Positions 1 through 10,445 are shown, counted from the stretch's first letter. The stretch: 64,000 nt of DNA from an uncultured Acidobacteriota bacterium (GCA_963836075.1 CAWIIB010000009.1:1-64000); one strand, 5' to 3'. The notes: generated by a model not told the origin, from the sequence alone. Translations and numbers: made by a program.

Positions 1-35
1 AAAAACAGTATGACCACAACAATCATGCGCTTCAT
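1..35 (-). CDS. 5' end of a probable secreted protein running off the window (MKRMIVVVILF...), divergent from the ECF sigma gene
   Basis: Minus strand reads AAGGAGGAG then ATG AAG CGC ATG ATT GTT GTG GTC ATA CTG: strong RBS, basic then hydrophobic signal-peptide-like start. Confidence 0.65.
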   Translation of the reverse strand, partial: MKRMIVVVILF

Positions 36-315
36 GACACTCCTCCTTACCATCTGCGGGGTTATGAGACACGAGACCTGGTGTTTACGAGAAATCGGCT
101 CTGCACCTAACGCCACCTTTACCTATACAAACGCAAAGCCGATGAAAATTCGGAAAAGGAAAAGTGCGTAAAATGCCTGCGTTGGGAAAACCAGGTATTC
201 GTCGGAGAATCCGACCGCCAGGATGATCCTTGATTCTTACTGTCCGGGCGCGGGTGAAGTGGCGGCACTATTGAGCATGGGACAACAATGTGCATAATAG
301 TGAAAAGGTGACCCC

Positions 316-902
316 ATGACCGAAACCGCCCGATCAGAAATAACCGGGATTCTTCTCGCCCTTCAGGAAGATGAGTCCGACCGGCGTGAATTCACCGACC
401 GGCTCTTCGAGCACGTCTACAATGAGCTGCACCATGTGGCTGTGGCCCTGATGCGTCAGCAGCGCACCGATCACACCCTTCAGCCCACGGCCATCATTCA
501 CGAGGCCTATCTCCGCCTTGTGGATCAGACCCGCACCGACTGGCAGGACCGGGCACACTTCTTCCGGACTGCGGCCAAGGCCATGCGGCAGATTCTCGTG
601 GACCACGAGCGCCGCAGAGCGGCAGCCAAACGGGAGCAGCGGCGGTCAAGGTGACCCTGGACGAGAACCTGGTGGCGGAACGCGAGAAAGCGATAAAAGT
701 CCTCGATCTTGACGAGACACTGAAGCGCCTCGCCAAAATGGACCAGCGAATGGCTCAGGTGGTGGAGTTTCGTGTCTTTGCCGGGATGACGAATCTGGAA
801 ACAGCATTCGTCCTTCAAGTTTCCGACCGCACGGTTCAGGAGGACTGGCGGGTAGCCAAAATGTGGTTGCGCAATGAGTTGTTGGAAGCAACACCCCCTT
901 GA
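316..902 (+). CDS. ECF sigma factor, TIGR02999/ECF43-like kinase-associated family (one frameshift near 633)
   Basis: HTLQPTAIIHEAYLRL, WQDRAHFF, AMRQILVDH and region 4 (VVEFRVFAGMT...VSDRTVQEDWRVAKMWL). Adding one G in CGGGAG gives AAKRGAAAVKVTLDE and joins ORFs 316-654 and 651-902. Confidence 0.9.
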
Positions 903-945
903 ATCCTGAACGATTCGCACGGCTGTAAAAGCTCTTTCTGGATGG

Positions 946-993
946 TTGCCAATCAGCTCGGAATTCGGTACAATATTATCATGTATGATAATA
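946..993 (+). promoter_or_regulatory. sigma70 promoter with a palindromic operator overlapping the start of the XRE gene
   Basis: TTGCCA(946-951)-17 nt-TACAAT(969-974); perfect inverted repeat TATTATCA-tgta-TGATAATA (974-993) covering the ATG at 981. Confidence 0.7.
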
Positions 994-1484
994 CATTAAG
1001 CCCATCTGGTTCGCCGACGACAAGCACGCCAATCGGCCTCCGCATCCGCCAACTCCGTCTGGAGCGGGGTTGGTCGCTGGCCGAACTGGCACGGCGAGCC
1101 GGCACCAGCGCTCCTTCACTTCACCGCTACGAGAGCGGCTGGGATCGCTTCGAGGTGGCCACGCTGCGAAAGATTGCAACAGCGCTTGATGCACGGCTGA
1201 AGATCAGTATCGAGCCGATGGGTGATCGTACCCGTCCAGGAAAACCGCAGCGCAGCGAAATGAAACGCCTCATCAAACCGCTGATCTGGGACCGCGACCT
1301 GAAGTCGCAAGATCTGGACAGCTATCCCCGCTGGATCATCATGAGGGTTCTGACGTTCGGCAACTTGGAGCAGGCCCGGTTGGTGAGAAGCTATTACGGA
1401 GACGAAGCGATTCGCGATGCGATCGATTCCCGCGGGATGGATGAGAGGACGCGCATCTTCTGGCATGCGGTGCTGGAGCCCTGA
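981..1484 (+). CDS. XRE-family HTH fused to a DUF6922-like domain; putative antitoxin/autorepressor
   Basis: IGLRIRQLRLERGWSLAELARRAGTSAPSLHRYESG (HTH_3); C-terminal LIWDRD...WIIMRVLTFGNLEQ...YYG pattern typical of partners of AbiEii genes. Confidence 0.8.
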   Translation: MYDNTLSPSGSPTTSTPIGLRIRQLRLERGWSLAELARRAGTSAPSLHRYESGWDRFEVATLRKIATALDARLKISIEPMGDRTRPGKPQRSEMKRLIKPLIWDRDLKSQDLDSYPRWIIMRVLTFGNLEQARLVRSYYGDEAIRDAIDSRGMDERTRIFWHAVLEP

Positions 1485-1519
1485 GGGAACAATGCTCCGG
1501 TATTTTAGGAGAAGAGCCA

Positions 1520-2140
1520 ATGCATCCCAAGGTACTCAGTCCAGAGGCCTGGAAGACAGTCAGGACGCTGCGCCGTACCGGACTGCTCGATGGCTGGACA
1601 CTGGCCGGCGGAACGGGCCTCGCCCTTCAACTTGGGCACAGGGTATCTGAAGATCTGGATCTCTTCCGGCCTCAGGCCTTCGAGAGCGATCAGCTTCTCC
1701 AACACCTTGCCGGCGCCGGCAAGGTGACGGTTCAGGACCGGGGGCAGTCCACCCTGCATATCCTGTTCGACGATATCCGCGTCAGTTACCTTTCCATGGA
1801 AGCACCGCTACTCTTCCCCGGTACCGCCTACCGCGGACTCACACTCGCAGACCCCCGCGACATTGCCGTGATGAAGCTTGTCGCCGTTGGCGGACGCGGC
1901 AGCCGCAAGGACTTCGTAGACCTTCACTTCTTCCTCAAGTCAGGAGGCGATTTCGCTTCGGCCTTTCTCTGGCTCGACCAGCGATTCGAACGCATCGACT
2001 ACAACACATACCACATCTTGAAAAGCCTTACCTGGTTCAAGGATGCGGAGTCTGAACCCATGCCGCGAATGCTCAAACCGGTCACCTGGGAAGAGGTGAA
2101 ACGCAGTATGGTTGCCGAGGTCCGTCGGTTGAGTCCGTGA
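1520..2140 (+). CDS. AbiEii/AbiGii-family nucleotidyltransferase (type IV TA toxin-like)
   Basis: LAGGTGLALQLGHRVSEDLDLF, DIAVMKL and RGSRKDFVDL motifs. Confidence 0.9.
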   Translation: MHPKVLSPEAWKTVRTLRRTGLLDGWTLAGGTGLALQLGHRVSEDLDLFRPQAFESDQLLQHLAGAGKVTVQDRGQSTLHILFDDIRVSYLSMEAPLLFPGTAYRGLTLADPRDIAVMKLVAVGGRGSRKDFVDLHFFLKSGGDFASAFLWLDQRFERIDYNTYHILKSLTWFKDAESEPMPRMLKPVTWEEVKRSMVAEVRRLSP

Positions 2141-2161
2141 GCTTTGCCAAGGGGTGCCCCT

Positions 2162-4757
2162 TTGAAGCCCGAGCAATTCGCACGACTGAAGAAACTGCTT
2201 CTCGAGGCATCGGAACTGCCTGAAGAAGAGTGGAACGCCTACCTCGATCAAGCCTGTCCGGACGATCCCGAACTTCGACGGAAGGCCGAGTTTCTCCTGA
2301 CCCAGGGCGCTGAAGACTCGGCCATCCTGAAAGAGGCCGGCGATGTGCCGGAATCGGCTCTGCAGCCCGATGACGAAGCACCGCCCCTCCCGGAGAGAAT
2401 CGGCCAATATGCCATCATCCGGGTCATCGCCTCGGGAGGCATGGGCGTAGTCTACGAGGCCGAACAGGAAAAACCGAGGCGCACCGTAGCGCTGAAGGTG
2501 ATGAAGACCGGTATCGCCTCAAAGGGTGCCCTCCGCCGCTTCGAGTACCGAATCCCAGCTCCTGGCCCGGCTGACCCACCCCGGCATCGCCCAGGTCTAC
2601 GAGGCCGGCACCCACGACGACGGCTCGGGGGCCGTGCCCTACTTCGCCATGGAGTATGTGCCCGAAGCCAAAACGGTCATCGACTTTGCAGAGGAGAAGA
2701 AGCTGGGCACCCGGGAGCGGCTCGAGCTCTTCGCCCAGGTCTGCGACGCCGTGCACCACGGTCACCAGAAGGGGATCATCCACCGCGATCTCAAGCCGGG
2801 CAACATCCTGGTTAATCCCCAGGGACAGGTGAAGGTCATCGACTTCGGCGTGGCCCGCTCCACCGACTCGGACATGGCGCTGACAACCCTGCAGACCGAC
2901 GTGGGACAGTTGATCGGCACCCTGCAGTACATGTCGCCCGAGCAGTGCGCCGCCAGCCCCAACGACATAGACACCAGAAGTGATGTCTATACCCTGGGGG
3001 TGGTGCAGTATGAGCTGCTCTGCGGCCAGTTGCCTTATGACGTGAGAAGCAAGGCACTGCACGAAGTCACCCGCGTTATCCGCGAAGAGCAGCCCACCCG
3101 GCCCAGCAGTATCAGTAAGCTGCTCCGAGGCGATGTGGAGACCATCACTCTCAAGGCATTGGAGAAGAAGCGGGAGCGCCGCTACCAGTCGGCCGTGGAA
3201 CTGGCCCAGGACATCCGTCGCTATCTCTCGGGAGAGGCGATTATCGGTCGCCCACCAAGCATGGTCTACCAGTTGCAAGTCTTTGCCCGGCGTCACCGGG
3301 CGATCTTCCTCTCCCTGATCGCGATCTTCGTCGTGCTGGCCACAGGCCTGGCGGTGAGCAGCACGATGTATCTCCAGGCCGAGCAGGCCCGGGAGGAGAC
3401 AGCCCAGGAACGTGACCGGGCGCTTGCTGCTGAAAAGGAGGCGGAGAAGCGCCGTGCCGAGGCCGAAGCGGTGACGACATTCCTCAGCGATACCCTGGCG
3501 GCGGTGGATCCGTCCGTGGCCCAGGGAAAGGAAGTGACCGTCAGGGAAATGCTGGACAAGGCATCGGAAAAGATTGACGAAGCGTTTGCCGATCAGCCTC
3601 TGGTGGAGGCCACACTGCGCACGACCATCGGTAATACCTATGGTGCGCTGTGCGACTATTCCATTGCCGAACCGCACCTGGAGTCCTCGCTGGAGATCAG
3701 GAGACGGGAACTCGGCAAGGATCACCCCGTCACGCTGGACACACTGAGTTGTTTTGGAAGCATTTGGAGTCAACAGGGCCGAAACAAAGAGTCTATGAAA
3801 CTGCACGAACGCATACTCAAGACTCGCCGCCGCGTACTGGGATCAGAGCACACCGATACCCTGTATTCAATGAATGCCCTGGCTCGTCGATATACGGTAA
3901 ATGAAAGATACGAGGAAGCGGAAGCGTTGGCTTTGGAAGTCGTTGAGACCCGAGAGCGATTATTGGGCGAACATCATCCGGACACAGTGGAAGATATCAC
4001 GACTTTGTGTCGTCTTTACACAAAATGGAATCGACTTAGAGAGGCCCAAATGTGGGGGCTGCGTGGATTTGAACTTTGCCGCAGTATCTATGGCGAGAAA
4101 CATCCGATACCCTGAATTTCATGGACGCTTTGGGAACAATCTATATGAAGCAACAAAAATATGATGCCGCGGAGCAGTTGCACCAAGAAGCCTATGAAGG
4201 GAGTAAATTCGTCTATGGTGAAGCGCACTCCTGGACTCTCATCTGCCTCGACAATCTGGGTTGGGATTATGAAGCTCAGGGTAAGCTTGACGATGCGGAG
4301 CAGGTGTACCGTCGAGTGCTCGAACTCCGCCGCCGTGATTTCAGCGATGATAATATCTACACGATGAGTACCCGCAACAAGACTGGCAGGAGTTCTCATG
4401 AAGCAGGGGCGGTTTTGCGAGGCCGAACCCCTGCTGGCGGATGCCGTGCCCCGATGGCAGCAGCAATACCCAGAGACCTCACTTCCAGGCAGGTCGATGA
4501 AAATCTACGCCGAATGTTTGTTGAAACTTGGACGCTACGGAATGGCCGAATCCGTGCTGCTCGAAGCACGGCAGTCCCTTTCTGAGAGAAAGGGCGAGAC
4601 CAACCCGTTCACCATTGATGCAACCAAGCTCCTCATCGAACTCTACGACGCCTGGGGCAAGCCGGTTGAGGCTGATCGGTGGCAAACAAAATTGCTCACG
4701 TCGATTCCCGATACAGAATCGGATGTCTTTGGTATGACTGAAGACACTCCCCCTTAA
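2162..4757 (+). CDS. Hanks-type Ser/Thr kinase with TM helix and TPR array, copy 1 (single-base frameshifts near 2549, 4106 and 4372)
   Basis: IASGGMGVVY, VALKVM, HRDLKPGN, DFG, GTLQYMSPEQ; TM AIFLSLIAIFVVLATGLAVS; 42-aa LGxxHPxTL repeats. Fragments are collinear with the intact paralog at 6195-8894; TTG start inferred. Confidence 0.85.
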
Positions 4758-4838
4758 AGTCATTTTCATTATAGCCTTGACTTTCTAAATCTAAAACAAT
4801 ATATATGGGTTGATTTTCTATATTCTCAGGGTTAGCTG

Positions 4839-6152
4839 ATGAAAAGATACGTTGAAGACCAGCTTGCTGGTTGGGCTAAGTCGCTTCGGCGCAAGCCGCT
4901 GATCATCCGCGGGGCCAGACAGGTGGGCAAGACCTGGCTTGTGGAGCATTTCGCGGCCAGGAATTTCGATAGCTGTGTAAAGATCGACCTGGAAAAGCGA
5001 CACGACATCCATTCCTATTTTGACGGTGATCTCGATCCGAGGACCATTCTGAAATACCTTGAACTGGAAGCGGGCCGGATTATCCCCGGAAGCACACTCC
5101 TCTTCATAGATGAAATCCAGGCCTGCCCAAGAGCGATCATGGCCTTGAGGTATTTCCATGAGCAGATGCCCGATCTGCATGTGATTGCTGCGGGTTCACT
5201 CTTGGAATTTGCTTTCGGTCAGATCCCCATCCCCGTGGGACGGGTGCAATATCTTCAGCTCCAGCCGATGACGTTCAGTGAATACCTGGAGGCCATGGGC
5301 AAGGAAGCCATGGCGGAGCACGCGCTTCAACATCCATCCACGGTTGACGAGACGATCCAGAAGAAGATCCTCCAGGAACTGCGGAGTTTTTTCTTCATTG
5401 GCGGTATGCCGGAATGTGTCAAGACATATCGTGATTCGGCATCGATGATCGAGACCTTCCGTGTGCAGTCGGAGATTCTCGATTCCTACCGCGACGACTT
5501 CTCCAAATACTCGCCCAGGGTCGACAAGAGCTGCCTTGACACTGTTTTCCTCAATGTCGCCCGGCGAGTTGGTGAACAGCTCAAATATACGCGCCTGGAC
5601 GAGGGGCACACCGGCCCGACCAACCGCAAGGCGTTTGAACTCCTGGCCAAAGCACAGGTGATACACAAGATCCCATCCTGTGATCCTTCGGGCCTGCCCC
5701 TGGGCGCCACAGCCAATCCCAAGAGATTCAAAGCATCCCTGCTGGACATCGGGCTCCTGCAACGGTTGGCCCAAGTGCCGGTGGAACTGGAATTGAAGCA
5801 GGATAACCTGCTGGCCATGTACAGGGGTCGGCTGGCAGAGCAATTTGTGGCCCAGGAACTGCTGGCCTGGCATAGTTCTCAGCTTTACTACTGGTCCCGC
5901 AATATCCGCGGCAGCAGCGCGGAAGTGGATTATCTTGTTGTCCGGGATGGCATGGTATATCCGGTGGAAGTCAAAGCGGGCCCAGGAGGCAAATTGCGGA
6001 GCCTCCATCTGATGCTCTCAAAATATCCAAATTGCCCGCAAGGCTTGGTGCTGTATGGCGGCGCATATAACGTACTCGAGGATCAAAAACTCACCTTTCT
6101 GCCCCTGTACTCCGCAGCAACCATTGGCGATAGAAGAGGGACAGTTGCATGA
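4839..6152 (+). CDS. AAA+ ATPase (AAA_14 + DUF4143 type) with C-terminal PD-(D/E)xK-like motif
   Basis: Walker A GARQVGKT, Walker B LLFIDEIQ, IAAGSLL, GGMPE, EVDYL...PVEVK. Confidence 0.9.
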   Translation: MKRYVEDQLAGWAKSLRRKPLIIRGARQVGKTWLVEHFAARNFDSCVKIDLEKRHDIHSYFDGDLDPRTILKYLELEAGRIIPGSTLLFIDEIQACPRAIMALRYFHEQMPDLHVIAAGSLLEFAFGQIPIPVGRVQYLQLQPMTFSEYLEAMGKEAMAEHALQHPSTVDETIQKKILQELRSFFFIGGMPECVKTYRDSASMIETFRVQSEILDSYRDDFSKYSPRVDKSCLDTVFLNVARRVGEQLKYTRLDEGHTGPTNRKAFELLAKAQVIHKIPSCDPSGLPLGATANPKRFKASLLDIGLLQRLAQVPVELELKQDNLLAMYRGRLAEQFVAQELLAWHSSQLYYWSRNIRGSSAEVDYLVVRDGMVYPVEVKAGPGGKLRSLHLMLSKYPNCPQGLVLYGGAYNVLEDQKLTFLPLYSAATIGDRRGTVA

Positions 6153-6194
6153 ACTGCTTTTGGGTATCCGCTGACCGTCCAGGAAGGCTGATCC

Positions 6195-8894
6195 ATGAAG
6201 CCTGCTAAATTTGCCAGGCTAAAGCAACTCCTGCTCGAATCGTCGGACCTACCCGAGGAAGAGCGGCAGGACTACCTTCATCAGGCCTGCGGTGACGACA
6301 GTGAACTGCTTCGCGAGGCCGAGTTGATCCTGGCCCAGGGCGCTGAAGACTCGGCCATTCTGAAAGAGGCCGGCGATGTACCGGAATCGGCACTTCAGCC
6401 CGGTGACGAGGCACTACCCCTCCCGGAGAAGATCGGCCAGTACGTCATAAAGCGAATCATCGCCTCGGGCGGCATGGGCGTGGTCTACGAAGCGCTGCAG
6501 GAGAACCCTCAGCGCACCGTGGCGCTGAAGGTGATGCGCACCGGTATCGCCTCGAAAAGCGCCCTCCGCCGCTTCGAATACGAGTCCCAGCTGTTGGCCC
6601 GGCTGACCCACCCCGGTATCGCCCAGGTCTATGAGGCCGGCACCCACGATGACGGCTCGGGGGCAGTGCCCTACTTCGCCATGGAGTACGTGCCCGATGC
6701 CCTGCCGGTCACCAAATACGCTGAAGAGAAGAAACTGGGCACCCGGGAGCGGCTCGAGCTTTCCGCCCAGGTCTGCGATGCCGTGCACCACGGCCACCAG
6801 AAAGGGATCATCCACCGCGACCTCAAGCCGGGCAACATCCTGGTCAATGCCGACGGCCGGGTGAAGGTCATCGACTTCGGCGTGGCCCGCTCCACCGACT
6901 CGGACATGGCGTTGACCACCCTGCAGACCGGCGTGGGCCAGTTGATCGGCACCCTGCAGTACATGTCGCCCGAACAGTGCGCGGCCGACCCCAACGACAT
7001 CGACACCAGAAGCGACGTCTACGCCCTGGGGGTGGTGCAGTACCAACTGCTCTGCGGCCGGCTGCCCTACGACGTGAAAGAGAAGGCGTTTCACGAAGTG
7101 ACCCGGGTGATCCGCGAGGAGCCGCCCACCAGGCCGAGCACGATCAGCAGGCAGCTGAGGGGCGATGTGGAGACGATCACACTGAAGGCCCTGGAAAAAG
7201 ATCGGGCGCGACGCTACCAGTCAGCAGTGGAATTGGCCCAGGACATCCGTCGTTATCTCTCGGGAGAGGCGATCATCGGCCGGCCGCCGAGCATGATCTA
7301 CCAGTTGCAGATCTTCGCCCGGCGCCACCGGGCGATATTCGTATCCCTGATCGCCATTCTTGTGGTGCTGGCTGTGGGCCTGGCGGTGAGCAGCACGATG
7401 TATCTCCAGGCCGAGCAGGCTCGGGAGGAAACAGCCCAGGAACGTGACCGGGCGCTGGCTGCTGAAAAGGAGGCGGAGAAGCGCCGTGCCGAGGCCGAAG
7501 CGGTGACGACATTCCTCAGCGATACCCTGGCCGCGGTGGATCCGTCCGAGGCCCAGGGGAAAGAAGTGACCATCAGAGAGATGCTGGACAAGGCCGCGGA
7601 AAAGATCGACGAAGCGTTCTCTGACCAGCCCCTTGTGGAGGCTGCGCTGCGCACGACCATCGGCAACACCTACAGCACCCTGGGAGAATATGCCACGGCC
7701 GAGCGACATCTCGAGGCAGCACTGGAGATAAGGGACCGGGAGCTGGGAGAAAAGCACTCAGACACACTGAACGCAATGTCCAATCTCGCAGATCTCTATA
7801 TTGCCCAAAGCCGGCACAATGAAGCCGACCCTCTGCTAACACGAATACTGGAGCTTCGCCGCCACCTGCGGGGAGAGGAACACCCTGACACGCTGGACAC
7901 GTTGGAAAGCATCAGCAGTATTTGGTTCAACCAGGGCCGAAGCGAAGAGTCGGTGCAGCTTCTTGAGCATATCCTTGAGGTTCGCTGTCGCGTCCAGGGA
8001 GTGGAACACACCGATACTCTGGAATCAATGCTTGCCCTGTCTGGTCAATACTCAGTGTTCGGAAGAAATGAGGAAGCGGAAGCTCTGGCATTGAGAGCCC
8101 TTGAAGTCCGACAACGCCTTCTTGGCGAGGAACACCCGGACACAATGCAAATCTTCAAATTTTTGTGTGTGATTTATTATAGATGGAATCGGTTGGACGA
8201 GGCTCAAAGATGGGGGTTGCGTGATTTGGATTACTGCCGCAGCATCTATGGTGAAGAGCATCCGAAAACCCTTTCTGCCATGGATATTTTAGGAACAGTC
8301 TACATGAAGCAGGAAAAGTATGAGGAATCGAAGCGGATGCACAGGGAAGCACACGAACATGCCAGGCGTGTGCTGGGCGAAGAACACGATTTAACGCTGG
8401 TTTGTCTCGACAACCTGGGGTGGGCGTTTGAGGCGCAGGGACGATACAACGATGCGAAACTAATCTACCAGCGTGTGCTCGAGTCCCGCCACCGCGAATT
8501 CGGCGAAAATAACATCTATACGTTGAGCACAACGACCCGGCTGGCAAGAGTTTTCATGAAGCTGGGCCGTTACGATGAGGCTGAATCTTTGCTGATCGAT
8601 GCTGTGCCCCGATGGAAGCAGCATTTTTCGGGCACATCCCTTATCGGTAGATCGTTGAATTACCGCGCCGTGTGTCTGCTGAAAACAGGGCGCTACATCG
8701 AGGCTGAAGCCGCATTGCTCGAATCGCTCGAGCTCTCAAACGATCTGGAGGGCGCGGACAGCAGCTACACCTTGGACACCGTCAAACTGCTCGTGGAACT
8801 ATACGACACCTGGGGTAAACCAGATGAGGCGATTGAGTGGCGAGAGAAACTGCCAAATCCAGTGCCCGAGTCTGAATCCGACCGCTTTCCCTAG
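6195..8894 (+). CDS. Hanks-type Ser/Thr kinase with TM helix and TPR array, copy 2 (intact)
   Basis: All kinase motifs present (HRDLKPGN, DFG, YMSPEQ), one TM segment, multiple 42-aa TPRs. Confidence 0.93.
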   Translation: MKPAKFARLKQLLLESSDLPEEERQDYLHQACGDDSELLREAELILAQGAEDSAILKEAGDVPESALQPGDEALPLPEKIGQYVIKRIIASGGMGVVYEALQENPQRTVALKVMRTGIASKSALRRFEYESQLLARLTHPGIAQVYEAGTHDDGSGAVPYFAMEYVPDALPVTKYAEEKKLGTRERLELSAQVCDAVHHGHQKGIIHRDLKPGNILVNADGRVKVIDFGVARSTDSDMALTTLQTGVGQLIGTLQYMSPEQCAADPNDIDTRSDVYALGVVQYQLLCGRLPYDVKEKAFHEVTRVIREEPPTRPSTISRQLRGDVETITLKALEKDRARRYQSAVELAQDIRRYLSGEAIIGRPPSMIYQLQIFARRHRAIFVSLIAILVVLAVGLAVSSTMYLQAEQAREETAQERDRALAAEKEAEKRRAEAEAVTTFLSDTLAAVDPSEAQGKEVTIREMLDKAAEKIDEAFSDQPLVEAALRTTIGNTYSTLGEYATAERHLEAALEIRDRELGEKHSDTLNAMSNLADLYIAQSRHNEADPLLTRILELRRHLRGEEHPDTLDTLESISSIWFNQGRSEESVQLLEHILEVRCRVQGVEHTDTLESMLALSGQYSVFGRNEEAEALALRALEVRQRLLGEEHPDTMQIFKFLCVIYYRWNRLDEAQRWGLRDLDYCRSIYGEEHPKTLSAMDILGTVYMKQEKYEESKRMHREAHEHARRVLGEEHDLTLVCLDNLGWAFEAQGRYNDAKLIYQRVLESRHREFGENNIYTLSTTTRLARVFMKLGRYDEAESLLIDAVPRWKQHFSGTSLIGRSLNYRAVCLLKTGRYIEAEAALLESLELSNDLEGADSSYTLDTVKLLVELYDTWGKPDEAIEWREKLPNPVPESESDRFP

Positions 8895-9045
8895 TGCCGA
8901 GCGGTGGCAGTTCACAAACCTCCTCACGAATTTGTTATACTCGTCATACGTAATCTAACCGAGTTTCATCATTCAGGTTTGAGGATCGGTGTGCCAGACC
9001 GGCAACCAATCCGGGAAGAACGAATACAAAAGAAGGGGGAATATC

Positions 9046-10333
9046 ATGGCCGCAAAAGTCGGGGGCTCCAAGGCGCCCATATCGATCGTCATCATCCTGG
9101 TCATCATCCTGGCCGTGGCCGGGATCTTCTCCAAGTACCTGGTGGAGACCAACAACGCCGGGTATATCAAGATCCGCCAGATGCCGGTCACCGGAACCCT
9201 GGACATCTACACCGACCCGGGGATGTTCGGCCAGTGGTTCGGCATGGTCACCGAGTACAAGCAGGCCGGCACCTACTCCTTCACCGACGAGGCTCTCCCC
9301 GAGGATCAGGTGAAGGACAGCGCCGTGTCCCAGGCCGTGGAAGTGCGCTTCAACGACGGCGGTATGGCCCGGCTCTCCGGCAACGCCCGTTTCGAGCTGC
9401 CGCTGGAACCGGTGGCGATGACCCAGATCCACAACAAGTTCCGCAGCTACGACCACATCTCCCAATCGCTGGTCAAGCCGGCCATCGCCGAAGCGCTGAT
9501 CCTCACCGCCTCGCTGATGAGCGCCGAGGAGAGCTACTCCGGCCGCCGGGCCGAGTTCTCCCAGCTGGCCTGGGACCAGGTGCTCAACGGGGTCTACATC
9601 ACCGAGTCGGAAGAGCGGGAGACCGTCGACCCGATCACCGGCGAGAAGAAGAACAAACGGATCGTGCACATCAAGTACGACGCCGACGGCAAGCCGGTGC
9701 GCAAGCAGAATTCGCTGGCCCTCTACGAGATCCGCATCACCCAGTTCTTCCTCGACAAGGACTTCGGCTACGAGCAGGGCGTGCTGCAGCAGATCAGCAA
9801 CCAGCGGGACGCGATGATGAAGACCGTGGCGGCCAAGGCCGAGGCGGAGAAGTCCCAGCAGGACCGGCTCACCGCCGAAGCCCAGGGGCAGGCCAACGTG
9901 ATGACCGCCAAGTACGAGGCCGAGGTGGAGAAGGAGCGGGCGGTGGTGGAGGCGCGCAAGCGCAAGGAAGTGGCCGAGACCGAGGCGTCCCAGCGGCTGG
10001 AGGTGGCCAAGCTGGACAAGTCGGCGGCCGAGGAATACAAGCAGATGCAGCTGCTCCGCGCCGATGGCGACGCGGAATACAAGCGGCGGGTGATGCAGGC
10101 CGACGGCGCCCTGGCCCAGAAGCTGGACGCCTGGATCAACGTCAACACGCGCTACGCCCAGGCCATCGAGAACTACAAGGGCAACTGGGTGCCCCAACCT
10201 GGTGATGGGGGATCGGGCGGCGGCGGGCACCATGGGCTCCCAGGACCTGATCAACCTGCTCACGGCCAAGACGGCCAAGGAGCTGGCCCTCGACCTGAGC
10301 CTGCCCAAGGGCAGCACCAGGCCCCCGCAGTAG
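9046..10333 (+). CDS. SPFH/band-7 family membrane protein with coiled-coil C-terminus (frameshift near 10193)
   Basis: RBS AAGGGGGA; N-terminal TM; VEVRFNDGG SPFH-like core; AEAE/EKERAVVEA coiled coil. Removing one C gives WVPNLVMG...LALDLSLPKGSTRPPQ*. Confidence 0.8.
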
Positions 10334-10354
10334 GGGCGGACGCAGTCAATGACG

Positions 10355-10412
10355 AAAAAAAGGGGACAGGCACCGATTTCCTGCGGAAATCGAGAGCCAG
10401 TCCCCCCTTTTT
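10355..10412. repeat. REP-like palindrome / bidirectional terminator between convergent genes
   Basis: A7-GGGGACAGGCACCGATTTC-ctgcg-GAAATCGAGAGCCAGTCCCCCC-T5 imperfect inverted repeat. Confidence 0.65.
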
Positions 10413-10445
10413 ATGCAACGCTGCTATCGGGCCGCAGGCGGGGTT

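Noticed and set aside
3700-8800. Diversity-generating retroelement acting on the kinase TPR regions
   Set aside because: Differences between copies are not adenine-specific and there is no reverse transcriptase in the window
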